Below are positions 33,359-41,449 of a stretch of 55,462 bases of DNA, one piece after another. The stretch is from assembly GCA_026397385.1 (NCBI GenBank), contig JAPLUY010000058.1, positions 1 to 55,462 on the forward strand, given 5' to 3'. The notes under the pieces were generated by a model. The model was given only the letters and a program-made list of their open reading frames with translations. It searched no databases and had not been told where the DNA came from. Position 1 is the first letter of the stretch, and every line of letters starts with the position of its first letter. This stretch comes from Candidatus Aenigmatarchaeota archaeon. Its GTDB lineage: Archaea > Aenigmatarchaeota > Aenigmatarchaeia > CG10238-14 > SCSR01. A program made the position numbers and the translations under genes.

Positions 33359-34792
33359 ATGCCGAAAGCATCGATGGACGCCGTCCTTAGGAAAGCGCTG
33401 AAGAAGGTAGTGCCGAAGCCGGCCGAGCGCAAGCGGCTCGAGGCTCTCGCGGCCAAGGCGCTCGAACTCGCAAACAAGGAAGCGCTGAAGCACGACGCCT
33501 ACGCCATAATCGCTGGCAGCCTGACGCGAAACACATGGCTCCCCGGCAAGATGGAGTTCGACCTGTTCATACTTTTCAAGCCGAGCGTGCCGCGCGAGCA
33601 GCTGGAGAAGCTCGGGCTGCGGATGGGCAAGGACATAATGCGCAAGCTGGGCGGACGCGCTGTCACGGAGTACGCCGAGCATCCTTACACCAGCGGGTGC
33701 GTGCGCGGTCTGAACATCGATATCGTGCCGTGTTACGAGCTCGAATCTACCGAGCAGCTGAAGTCATCCGTTGACCGCACGCCGTTCCACGTGCGCTACA
33801 TCGAGAAGCGGCTGCCGCCGGAGCTGTCGAACGACGTACGCCTGCTCAAGCAGTTCTGCACCGCGGCTGGCGTTTACGGAGCGGACGCGAAGACCGAGGG
33901 CTTCTCAGGCTACGTCTGCGAGCTGATGGTCATCCGGTACGGCAAATTCTCAAAGGTGCTCAAGGCCGTGTCGGGCTGGCGGCCGGGCGAAGTGACCGAC
34001 ATCGAGAACTTTTACAACAAGAACGACCACTCCGGGCTGCGTAAGATGTTCAAGCTGAACCCGCTCATACTCATAGACCCCACGGACAAGACGCGAAACA
34101 CCGCGGCTGCCGTCTCGGTGGAGAGCTTCTGCAAGCTCCGCTCGTCTGCTAGGCGGTTCCTCGAGAAGCCATACGCAGCCGCGTTCTTCCCGAAAACTAA
34201 GAAACCGATGCGGCTTAAGGAGCTGAAGGCAGTTATGAAGCGGCGCGAGTCCACGCTAATCGCTGTGAGTTTCCGTCCGCCCGCGATAGTGCCGGACATA
34301 ATGTGGCCGCAGCTGCGCAGGTTCGGCGAGCGGCTGGAATCCATACTGAAGGAGAACGACTTCGACGTGCTGCGGCGCGGGGTGTATACGGACTGCGGCA
34401 CGCTGGCTGTAGTGCTGATAGAGATGGAGAGCCGCACGCTGCCGCGCGTGCGCAAGCGTGTGGGGCCGAGCGTGTTCGACGAGGACGGCACTAAAGGGTT
34501 CGCGAAGAAGTACAAAGGTGCCGCGATAAACGGCCCGTTCGTCGAGGACGGGTTCTGGGTTGTGGAAGTCGAGCGTCAGTTCCGCACGGCCGAGGACAAA
34601 ATCTCTGACAGCCTCGGCGACCCGTTGAAGGAACTGGACGCGAAGGGCATCCCAAGCCATGTGGCGAAGGCGATCGCTTCCCGCGGGCTCGGAGTGACGT
34701 CCGATCTGAAGAAGGTAGACCTGCTGGCCGAGAGGAAGAAGGAGTTCGGCGTGTTCCTGCGCGAGTACTTCGAGAAGGAGGACGTAGCCTGA
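33359..34792 (+). CDS. cca: CCA-adding enzyme (archaeal class I tRNA nucleotidyltransferase)
   Basis: 477 aa. IAGSLTRNTWLPGKMEFDLFILF carries the nucleotidyltransferase G[SG] and DxD-type motifs, and DRTPFHVRYI is also present. Length is typical of archaeal cca. Confidence 0.92.
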   Translation: MPKASMDAVLRKALKKVVPKPAERKRLEALAAKALELANKEALKHDAYAIIAGSLTRNTWLPGKMEFDLFILFKPSVPREQLEKLGLRMGKDIMRKLGGRAVTEYAEHPYTSGCVRGLNIDIVPCYELESTEQLKSSVDRTPFHVRYIEKRLPPELSNDVRLLKQFCTAAGVYGADAKTEGFSGYVCELMVIRYGKFSKVLKAVSGWRPGEVTDIENFYNKNDHSGLRKMFKLNPLILIDPTDKTRNTAAAVSVESFCKLRSSARRFLEKPYAAAFFPKTKKPMRLKELKAVMKRRESTLIAVSFRPPAIVPDIMWPQLRRFGERLESILKENDFDVLRRGVYTDCGTLAVVLIEMESRTLPRVRKRVGPSVFDEDGTKGFAKKYKGAAINGPFVEDGFWVVEVERQFRTAEDKISDSLGDPLKELDAKGIPSHVAKAIASRGLGVTSDLKKVDLLAERKKEFGVFLREYFEKEDVA

Positions 34793-34804
34793 TTGGTGTT
34801 TTCA

Positions 34805-35722
34805 ATGATAGACGTAACTTTCCTCGGCACAGTTTCGGGCATCCCGAGCCTCGACCGCAACCATCCGGCCATAGTGCTCGAGTACTCCTCAGACGAGCGG
34901 CACTTCTTCCTTTTCGACTGTGGCGAGGGCACGCAGAAGCACCTGATGCGCGCCGGCATAAGCTTCATGAAGCTGCAGAAGATATTCATCTCGCACTGGC
35001 ACGCCGACCACTTCTCCGGCCTGATACCTCTGATACAGACCATGAACCTGGAGAAGCGCAGTGAGGAGCTGCAGATATACGGGCCTGAGGCCGAGCGCTT
35101 CGTCTCGAACATACTCGACCTCGGATACTTCGGGCTGCGGTTCCCAGTGGCAGCGATGAACGTGCCTTTCAGTGGCGAGGAGCCTACGCTCGTCGACAAC
35201 AACCCCGAGTACGAGATCTGGTCTATTCCCGTCTTCCACACCGTGCCGAGCGTCGCGTACATGTTCAAGGAGAAGGACAGGCTGAACATCAACCTCGAAA
35301 AGATCAAGGAGCTCGGGCTTAAGCGCGGCACGTGGATGAAGAAGCTGAAGGCGGACGGCGTCGCGACTGTAGGCGGGAAGAAGATCAAGATCGAGGACGT
35401 TTCCGACGTTAAGCTTGGACTGCGTGTGGTTTACTCTGGCGACACGAAACCGTGCGCGAACGTCGTCAAGCTAGCGAAGGGCGCGGACCTGCTGATACAC
35501 GATGGCACGTTCCTTGAGGAGGACGAGGGGAAGGCGCATGCGGACGTGAGGCAGGCGGCGAAGGTCGCGGCGGACGCGGGCGTGAAGCAGCTGATACTCA
35601 CGCACCTGAGCCGCCGATACTCGACGAAGGAGGACATACAGGAGATTGAAGCGGCCGCGCGCAAGATATTCCCGAACACGAAGGTCGCGTACGACTTCAT
35701 GAAAGTGAAATTAAAAAATTAG
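34805..35722 (+). CDS. rnz: ribonuclease Z (tRNA 3' endonuclease)
   Basis: MIDVTFLGT..., metallo-beta-lactamase motif HWHADH and C-terminal LTHLS. ATG at 34805 (the ORF-track start at 34793 is a TTG directly after the cca stop). Confidence 0.92.
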   Translation: MIDVTFLGTVSGIPSLDRNHPAIVLEYSSDERHFFLFDCGEGTQKHLMRAGISFMKLQKIFISHWHADHFSGLIPLIQTMNLEKRSEELQIYGPEAERFVSNILDLGYFGLRFPVAAMNVPFSGEEPTLVDNNPEYEIWSIPVFHTVPSVAYMFKEKDRLNINLEKIKELGLKRGTWMKKLKADGVATVGGKKIKIEDVSDVKLGLRVVYSGDTKPCANVVKLAKGADLLIHDGTFLEEDEGKAHADVRQAAKVAADAGVKQLILTHLSRRYSTKEDIQEIEAAARKIFPNTKVAYDFMKVKLKN

Positions 35723-35752
35723 AAACTCATGATACATTGTCAGGTATTTTAA

Positions 35753-36154
35753 ATGAGCTTATTCCAGCGAGACCTTGTAATTTGCAATTTGTGTAAAAAA
35801 CCAATTAGACTCACCGAAGGCGTACAAAAACACATAAAAAACGAAAAATTCTTAGATTCTCATCTTTTTGAAACAGTTATTGCACGAGGGCGAGATAATG
35901 AAATTTTGCATACAGTCGTCTATCGTGGAAATCCTATGTTTTTTCATAACAGTTGTTTTGACATTGTTGGTAAACATACCGACAAAAATGCAAATTTAGT
36001 TAAAACCAAAACAGATGGTTCGAAGAGTATATTTTTCGAGTCGGCTGACGGTATTGCGAAAAGATATTGGAATTTTATCAAATACTACGATGACAAAAAA
36101 ATAAACTACATAGAGGAACGTGAGAAGAAAATCAAGAAAGTGTTAAAAGGATAA
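35753..36154 (+). CDS. hypothetical protein in AT-rich islet (133 aa; CxxC ... HxxC)
   Basis: Strongly AT-rich ORF between rnz and two tRNA-Arg genes. CNLC (aa 11-14) and HNSC form a possible small zinc-binding site. No family recognised. Confidence 0.5.
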   Translation: MSLFQRDLVICNLCKKPIRLTEGVQKHIKNEKFLDSHLFETVIARGRDNEILHTVVYRGNPMFFHNSCFDIVGKHTDKNANLVKTKTDGSKSIFFESADGIAKRYWNFIKYYDDKKINYIEEREKKIKKVLKG

Positions 36155-36176
36155 ACATCAAATAACGACTTTGTAA

Positions 36177-36250
36177 TGCGCCCACTGGGATTCGAACCCA
36201 GGTCCACGGCTCCGGAAGCCATCATTCTATCCAAGCTAAACTATGGGCGC
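36177..36250 (-). tRNA. tRNA-Arg (anticodon CCG)
   Basis: The reverse complement is GCGCCCATAGTTTAGCTTGGATAGAATGATGGCTTCCGGAGCCGTGGACCTGGGTTCGAATCCCAGTGGGCGCA. Anticodon loop TTCCGGA. Confidence 0.9.
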
Positions 36251-36257
36251 CTAGGAG

Positions 36258-36345
36258 TGCCCCCAATGGGATTCGAACCCATGTCAATAGCTCCGCAAGC
36301 TATTGTCCTATCCAAGCTAGACTTTCCTCATGATGTTATGAGGGC
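36258..36345 (-). tRNA. tRNA-Arg (anticodon GCG) with a short non-canonical intron between acceptor stem and D arm
   Basis: The 3' part is canonical: D arm GTCT-AGCTTGGATA-GGAC, anticodon arm ATAGC-TTGCGGA-GCTAT, T arm ATGGG-TTCGAAT-CCCAT, and TGGGGGC plus A. The matching 5' acceptor strand GCCCTCA-TA lies 14 nt upstream of the D arm, giving intron ACATCATGAGGAAA at position 9/10. A second GCCCTCA copy at 36351-36357 allows an alternative 5' end. Confidence 0.7.
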
Positions 36346-36493
36346 TTACCTGAGGGCAAAATTTATTCATCCTTTCTAACTTATAAGGGTGCCTGCATGA
36401 TATTAACCTGCAGGTCTTTGCAAGGCAATTTTATAAAACCTTTTATTCGTATTTAAATAATCTATCTCAAGTAATTGTACGAAGGTGTAACAT

Positions 36494-36652
36494 ATGAACT
36501 GCACGAGCTGCAACATGCACACGACGTCCGCGAGCAACTTCACCAAGTTCAAGTGCCCGAAGTGCGGCGCCAGCGAGATAATCCGCTGCAAGACGTGCAG
36601 GGACAACAGCGTGCTCTACAAGTGCGAGAAATGCGGGTTCGAGGGGCCGTAG
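36494..36652 (+). CDS. small zinc-ribbon protein (COG2888-like) preceding EF-1beta (52 aa)
   Basis: Not in the ORF track. MNCTSCNMHTTSASNFTKFKCPKCGASEIIRCKTCRDNSVLYKCEKCGFEGP* has several CxxC pairs. Pairing with aEF-1beta is conserved in archaea. Confidence 0.7.
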   Translation: MNCTSCNMHTTSASNFTKFKCPKCGASEIIRCKTCRDNSVLYKCEKCGFEGP

Positions 36653-36682
36653 GCCTGGTTTTCGTTTTACTGAGTGATCGGA

Positions 36683-36940
36683 ATGTCCGGAGTGATAGCG
36701 ACCTTCAAAGTGATGCCAACCGGCATCGATGTCAACCTCGACCTGCTAGAGGCTAAGGTCAGGGAGACGGTCGGCGCGGACCAGGTAAAGCGCGAGCCGA
36801 TCGCGTTCGGGCTGGTGGCGCTGATAGTGGCCAAGGTCATACCTGACGAGGCCGGCTTCATCGACAAGATGGAGGAACTTCTGCGCGGCATCGAGGGCGT
36901 CGGCGAGGTCGAGACGGTAGAAGTCACGAAGGCGCTCTAG
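36683..36940 (+). CDS. ef1b: translation elongation factor EF-1beta (aEF1B)
   Basis: MSGVIATFKVMPTGIDVNLDLLEAKV...IAFGLVALIV...VEV is typical aEF-1beta, about 85 aa. ATG at 36683. Confidence 0.9.
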   Translation: MSGVIATFKVMPTGIDVNLDLLEAKVRETVGADQVKREPIAFGLVALIVAKVIPDEAGFIDKMEELLRGIEGVGEVETVEVTKAL

Positions 36941-37972
36941 TTACACGAGGCCATTCTCTAACTTGTCCTGAGTGTTTAGCTTTTCTTTCAACACCGCTTT
37001 CAGCGCGTCTATGTTCGCGGTCTTGTCGGGACTTTTGCCTTCTTGTTTCGCGAGGTAATAGGTCAGCAAGTCGGCGAGGAATAACAGCGACATCTCCTTC
37101 GCGAGCGGCGACCTGCCCAAGGACCAAAGCTCGACCACGCCTTTGACCTTGCCGCGTATCAGTTCCTTGGTCGCCTCTATGCGCTCGCGCACGGCCGGAT
37201 GCTCGTCCGCGTCGCGTAGGAGCAGCACGTAGTTACCCGTGTTCACGTCGTTGTCTTCGTAGCCGACGATTTCGTTGTGGTCCATCTCTGGGAACACGTC
37301 CCAGCTCGCCGGGAGCTTGCTGTTCTCGTTTATCTGGTTCTTGACCCGTCGCGCCGCGGCCTCGAAGGCCTCTCCGGCGTACACGCTTATGCGGCATCCT
37401 GCCATCAGCCCCGCAAGCGCTGTCATCTCGCTGTCTTTCTGCCGGTCCTCGCGAAGGTCGGTGAGTACCTTTACAGTCTCGTCAATGTCCGCTGTCAGGT
37501 CGAGCTTTCCGCATTCGCGCAGGTACTCGAGTATCGTGAACAACGAGTAAGGCAGGGTCGCGCGCGGTTTGAACCCCGCGGGCAGCTCGACAAAGGGCAC
37601 GCCGAAGCGCACGGCCCATCCTTTCAGCCTGCCGCCGGATGACACGATCATCGTGCGCAGCCCGCGTCGCCTGGCCTCGGCGAACTGGCTGAGCGTCTCC
37701 TCGGTTTCGCCCGAGTAGCTGGAGAACATCACCAGCGTATCGCCGCGGACGTACGGTGGCAACGCGTACCGCCGCGATATCTCGATCTGCAGCGGTATGC
37801 CATAATTGCGCATCACGTCGGCGGCGATGTCACCGCCTACCGCGGAGCCGCCCATGCCGCAGACCAACAACCTGTCAAACTTGAGGGATGGCAGCCACGA
37901 CTTCTTCGTCGCCTCGATTGCATCGAGCACCATCTCGGGATACTTGCGTATGTAGCCTAGCATGTCGTCCAT
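36941..37972 (-). CDS. bifunctional phosphoglucose/phosphomannose isomerase (SIS domain)
   Basis: 343 aa. LLVCGMGGSAVGGD and FSSYSGETEET SIS motifs, with the length and architecture of archaeal PGI/PMI. Confidence 0.8.
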   Translation of the reverse strand: MDDMLGYIRKYPEMVLDAIEATKKSWLPSLKFDRLLVCGMGGSAVGGDIAADVMRNYGIPLQIEISRRYALPPYVRGDTLVMFSSYSGETEETLSQFAEARRRGLRTMIVSSGGRLKGWAVRFGVPFVELPAGFKPRATLPYSLFTILEYLRECGKLDLTADIDETVKVLTDLREDRQKDSEMTALAGLMAGCRISVYAGEAFEAAARRVKNQINENSKLPASWDVFPEMDHNEIVGYEDNDVNTGNYVLLLRDADEHPAVRERIEATKELIRGKVKGVVELWSLGRSPLAKEMSLLFLADLLTYYLAKQEGKSPDKTANIDALKAVLKEKLNTQDKLENGLV

Positions 37973-37987
37973 ACGATGTCACAACCG

Positions 37988-38542
37988 CTATTGCGCGCCG
38001 CCCATGGAGACGAAAAGCCTGTGCCCGTCCTTGTTCTCGAGCTCCTCCACTATGCGCTTGACCACTATCTTCTTCGGGTCGGGCAGCATCGTGACGCGCT
38101 TGCGCAGGTCGTCGAAGCTGTCGAAAGGCCGTTCGCGGCGCACCTTGATTATCTCCCACATGTGCTTCTTGCCGACGCCTGGCAGAAGCTCTAGGCTGTG
38201 CATCCGCGTTGTCACTGGCCCGGCCTTGTTGAAGAAGTCGACGAACCTCGCCTCGTCCGTGCCTAACAACGCAATCAGCACGTCCTCCATGTTCCCCTTC
38301 GCGAAGTTCGTTAGGTCACGGTAGTCGATGCGCGAGCGGATGTACTGCACCTGGTCGCGCTTGTCCGAGCCTATGTAGACTCGGTCGCCGGACTTTAGCT
38401 GCACCCCATCCTTTATCGCGAGCTCCAGCAGGTTCAGGTACTTCTCGCCGACCGCCTGCGCTATCGGCTCGGCCTTCCGGTCGCCCGGCCGGCCGCTGTG
38501 GAGAAAGTCCAAGACTATCGCGTAATCGTCCTTCGCTGGCAT
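37988..38542 (-). CDS. DUF655/COG1491 helix-hairpin-helix nucleic-acid-binding protein
   Basis: DYAIVLDFL..., the HhH-like LELLPGVGKK, and a conserved position downstream of rpoF. ATG at 38542. Confidence 0.8.
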   Translation of the reverse strand: MPAKDDYAIVLDFLHSGRPGDRKAEPIAQAVGEKYLNLLELAIKDGVQLKSGDRVYIGSDKRDQVQYIRSRIDYRDLTNFAKGNMEDVLIALLGTDEARFVDFFNKAGPVTTRMHSLELLPGVGKKHMWEIIKVRRERPFDSFDDLRKRVTMLPDPKKIVVKRIVEELENKDGHRLFVSMGGAQ

Positions 38543-38562
38543 GTGGGTCACCTTGCAGTGAT

Positions 38563-38901
38563 TCAGCTCTTGTCTGTCTTGGCCTTCTTAACGGCCTCAA
38601 GAATTAGTCCAATCTCTTCAGGAGTGAAGTTCGCATAGTCCTTGCCCAGCACCGCACGCAGGTCGTCCTCGTCCTCCGGCATTATGTCTATTACGGCTAT
38701 TATCTGCCTCTCGCGCAGCTTCTTGTTTTTGTTCAGCTCCTCGGCCAGCGCCTTCGCCTTGTCGGCCGGCAGCTTGGCGAACCTCTTCAGGTTCTCCCAA
38801 GCGTTCTTCTGCTCGAACTTCATATCGTCCGGTTTGACGGCCTTCTCGAGCATATCCTTAGCCTCGGAGTTCGTTACCAACTCTTCCTTGATTAGGTTCA
38901 T
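38563..38901 (-). CDS. rpoF: DNA-directed RNA polymerase subunit F (Rpo4)
   Basis: 112 aa and helical, with a conserved position between L21e and DUF655. Confidence 0.8.
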   Translation of the reverse strand: MNLIKEELVTNSEAKDMLEKAVKPDDMKFEQKNAWENLKRFAKLPADKAKALAEELNKNKKLRERQIIAVIDIMPEDEDDLRAVLGKDYANFTPEEIGLILEAVKKAKTDKS

Positions 38902-39013
38902 GCTTATGCACCAGTTGCGCGTTTTTTCCGCGCTTTTCCTTACCAGTTATTGCCCTAATTATCTATTGAAGCTATCCTTTTAAAAAGATTCTCAACGGAT
39001 GGCCGGTCAAGCT

Positions 39014-39298
39014 TCAGTCGCGCTTGAGGTGTTCGGGCCGCACGATGAATGTCTTCTTCATGTGGCCGTCCTGTATCTGCACCATGTACGCGCGGCCGCG
39101 CTTGCCGGTTATGGTGCCGGCCACGCCCTTCCAGCGCGGAAGCGGCATCCCGTGGTGGCTCGAAGGCTCCGGCATCAGCAGCACGCGCTCGCCGTCCTTG
39201 AACTCCTGTAGGAACTTGGTTATCGGCGGACGCATGTCAGGACGCTGCTTGAGCTTGTTGCGCGTGCCTGACCGGAACCCATGAGAGCTTTTCACCAT
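39014..39298 (-). CDS. rpl21e: 50S ribosomal protein L21e (eL21)
   Basis: MVKSSHGFRSGTRNKL...GKRGRAYMVQI is typical L21e. Confidence 0.93.
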   Translation of the reverse strand: MVKSSHGFRSGTRNKLKQRPDMRPPITKFLQEFKDGERVLLMPEPSSHHGMPLPRWKGVAGTITGKRGRAYMVQIQDGHMKKTFIVRPEHLKRD

Positions 39299-39409
39299 CA
39301 CAATCGCCTGCAGTTTTCGCTTCTCTATAATTCAATGGTTTAGTTCTTAAAGGTTCGATTTGGCCCGGATAGGATTTGATTAGCACGGTTATGTTTAAAT
39401 TATCCAATC

Positions 39410-40690
39410 TCAGACGCAGATTTTCATCACGTCGAGCTGTATCTTCTTCACCTTGTTTTTCAGCGCTGTCGCAAGGTTCGGCTCGGTCCGGCCGTTGTCG
39501 CCTGAGATGAACTCCTTCACATACACGCCTGCTTCGCCCGTGAGCTTGACCTCGAGCTTCCGAGACCCGAGCTTGCGAAGCTGGAGCTTCTTCACCTTCC
39601 TGCTGCGCACCAGATCGGCGCGCCTGTGCGCCACGCGCTGGGGAGTGCGCTGCTTTAGCGTGACGCCCTGGAGCTTGCGTGCCGCGCGCAGCAGCTTGTC
39701 GTCAAGCTTCTTCTCGAAAACAACCTCGGCGCGGTATGTCTTGTCGTAGCGCGCGGATTTGACCTCCTCGACGTCCTTCTTGCCAGCTAACTTCAGCCCG
39801 CGAACCTTCACCTTGCGCGATCTGTTGACCTGCGATTGCAGCTTGCGCAGGTCGAGCGTTCGCACCATCGGGCGCACCATCTCGATTATGAACGGCCGCC
39901 ATCCTAGACATCGCACGTCGATGTCCTCACGGCCGGAGCCGTGCATGCGAGACTCCTTCGCCTTTGCCGCCTTCAGGAGCGGCGGCTCGATGTTTTCCTG
40001 CACCGACGTCTCGTACATCTTGCCCTTGCCTTTGCACCGCGGGCAGCCTTTGCCCTTGCACTCGCGGCAGAGCCACTTGGTCTGCGGCATGCCGCGCACT
40101 AGTTTCTGGTACCGGCCGTACAGGTAGACGCTCCTCGTCTGAAGGACTATCCTGTCGTGCGCGAGGTCCAGAACTGCGACTATGTCCGGCATCTTGAGGT
40201 CGAACTTCTTGTGGACCAGCCGCTCGACGCGCTTGCCGACCTCTCGGTTGATTTCGTTCTTTATCGGCTCGACGAACTCCACGCCCGCGTTGTGCCAGAG
40301 CTCCTCCTCGGCCTTCGCCAGCTCCGGGGATACGACGGTGCCTATAAGGAAGGTGCGGAACTCGTAGTCCTTCGTCTTCTTCGCTACGGCCTTCGCCAGC
40401 TCGTCCACGCGCTCGCTAAAAAAGCCTTTGCAAATCCTGCACTTGCCGGGTTTCGCCGCGTCGACCTTCGCGTGCCTGAACTTGACGCCGTAGAAGTTAG
40501 ACTTGTCCACGTCGATGTTCTCGCCAGCGTCCAGGAGCATCGCAACGTACGCGCGCAGAATCTTGCCGCGCTCCGCGTTCGAAAATCCGCTGAGCAGCTC
40601 GGCCGCCAGCCTGCCGATGCAGCTGTCGCAGGCGTAGCCTCCTTTCATCGCTTCTATCGCGGCTTGTGCTATTTTTTCAGACACGGGCAT
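39410..40690 (-). CDS. pus10: tRNA pseudouridine(54/55) synthase Pus10
   Basis: 426 aa with an N-terminal Cys cluster (CDSC...CRIC), a second cluster (CRECKGKGCPRCKGKG), and then a catalytic domain with GREDIDVRCLG. Confidence 0.9.
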   Translation of the reverse strand: MPVSEKIAQAAIEAMKGGYACDSCIGRLAAELLSGFSNAERGKILRAYVAMLLDAGENIDVDKSNFYGVKFRHAKVDAAKPGKCRICKGFFSERVDELAKAVAKKTKDYEFRTFLIGTVVSPELAKAEEELWHNAGVEFVEPIKNEINREVGKRVERLVHKKFDLKMPDIVAVLDLAHDRIVLQTRSVYLYGRYQKLVRGMPQTKWLCRECKGKGCPRCKGKGKMYETSVQENIEPPLLKAAKAKESRMHGSGREDIDVRCLGWRPFIIEMVRPMVRTLDLRKLQSQVNRSRKVKVRGLKLAGKKDVEEVKSARYDKTYRAEVVFEKKLDDKLLRAARKLQGVTLKQRTPQRVAHRRADLVRSRKVKKLQLRKLGSRKLEVKLTGEAGVYVKEFISGDNGRTEPNLATALKNKVKKIQLDVMKICV

Positions 40691-40699
40691 ACAATCACT

Positions 40700-41407
40700 C
40701 TATACTTCTTTGGACGCGCCCTTAATTATCTTTCCGAGTTCAGAAAGTTTTGTTATCCTGTAATCGAATTCGTAGTTTTTGCCTGCATGCTTGTCTTCTA
40801 GGTCGACAAGACAGAACTTTATACCAAGCTTCCTGCAAGCTCCGTCTTCGTCCGTCTTGTCGCCGACCATCAGGCATTTTTCCGGCGTTATTTTTAGCTT
40901 TCGGAGCACGAACTTGAAAGGTTCCAGCTCGGATTTGAGAGCACCAGCCTCCTCAGAAAGTATCTTGGTGTCAAACAGTTTCGTTATACCGTATTTATCG
41001 AATATCTTATAAGATTCCTTAAAATTGTTGCTGACCAATGCCAGCATTATCCCTTTAGATTTGATAAATTTCAGAGTACTTTCGGCGTCAGGCAGAAGAC
41101 TCGAATGTTTTGCATATCCTTTCCAAAAAAGATTGAACTCCTTAATCGCATCATCGTTGGATATTTTTACTCCCGTGTTCTTAGAAAACAGAAGGCTCCA
41201 ATCCTCTCGTTTTTGGAACCTGTTCCTTTTCCACATCGCCCACAAATCTTCTCCAGTCTTCTTTTCTGCGCGCATGTATTCTTCGAACGTGCCCTTGAAC
41301 CCAAGCTTCTTCCAGAAAGGATATGTGAACTCCTCTGCTATCTTTCGGAACAATTCAGTCTCGTCTGAAAGAGTCCCACCCCAGTCTATCATGATGCATT
41401 TGAACAT
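40700..41407 (-). CDS. HAD-superfamily hydrolase-like protein (235 aa)
   Basis: Motif I-like IDWGGTL, motif II LVSN and motif IV GDKTDED. It is noticeably more AT-rich than its neighbours. Confidence 0.65.
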   Translation of the reverse strand: MFKCIMIDWGGTLSDETELFRKIAEEFTYPFWKKLGFKGTFEEYMRAEKKTGEDLWAMWKRNRFQKREDWSLLFSKNTGVKISNDDAIKEFNLFWKGYAKHSSLLPDAESTLKFIKSKGIMLALVSNNFKESYKIFDKYGITKLFDTKILSEEAGALKSELEPFKFVLRKLKITPEKCLMVGDKTDEDGACRKLGIKFCLVDLEDKHAGKNYEFDYRITKLSELGKIIKGASKEV

Positions 41408-41449
41408 AATTAGAACTTGTCCGCGCTGCGTTTAAATCGTTGCCGCGAC

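Noticed and set aside
34576-35388. 270-aa Ser-rich ORF on the minus strand, plus 48996..49745 and 49001..49657
   Set aside because: They are antisense to cca/rnz and to the TrmB-like gene, and show no motifs.
36323-36336. GAGGAAAGTC, a 10-nt match to the RNase P RNA CR-I consensus
   Set aside because: It lies inside the intron/D-arm junction of tRNA-Arg(GCG). None of the other RNase P conserved regions follow, so I treat it as coincidence.
36475-36756. 93-aa ORF from the track
   Set aside because: It is out of frame with the conserved Cys-rich zinc-ribbon ORF (36494..36652) and with EF-1beta, which together explain the region.
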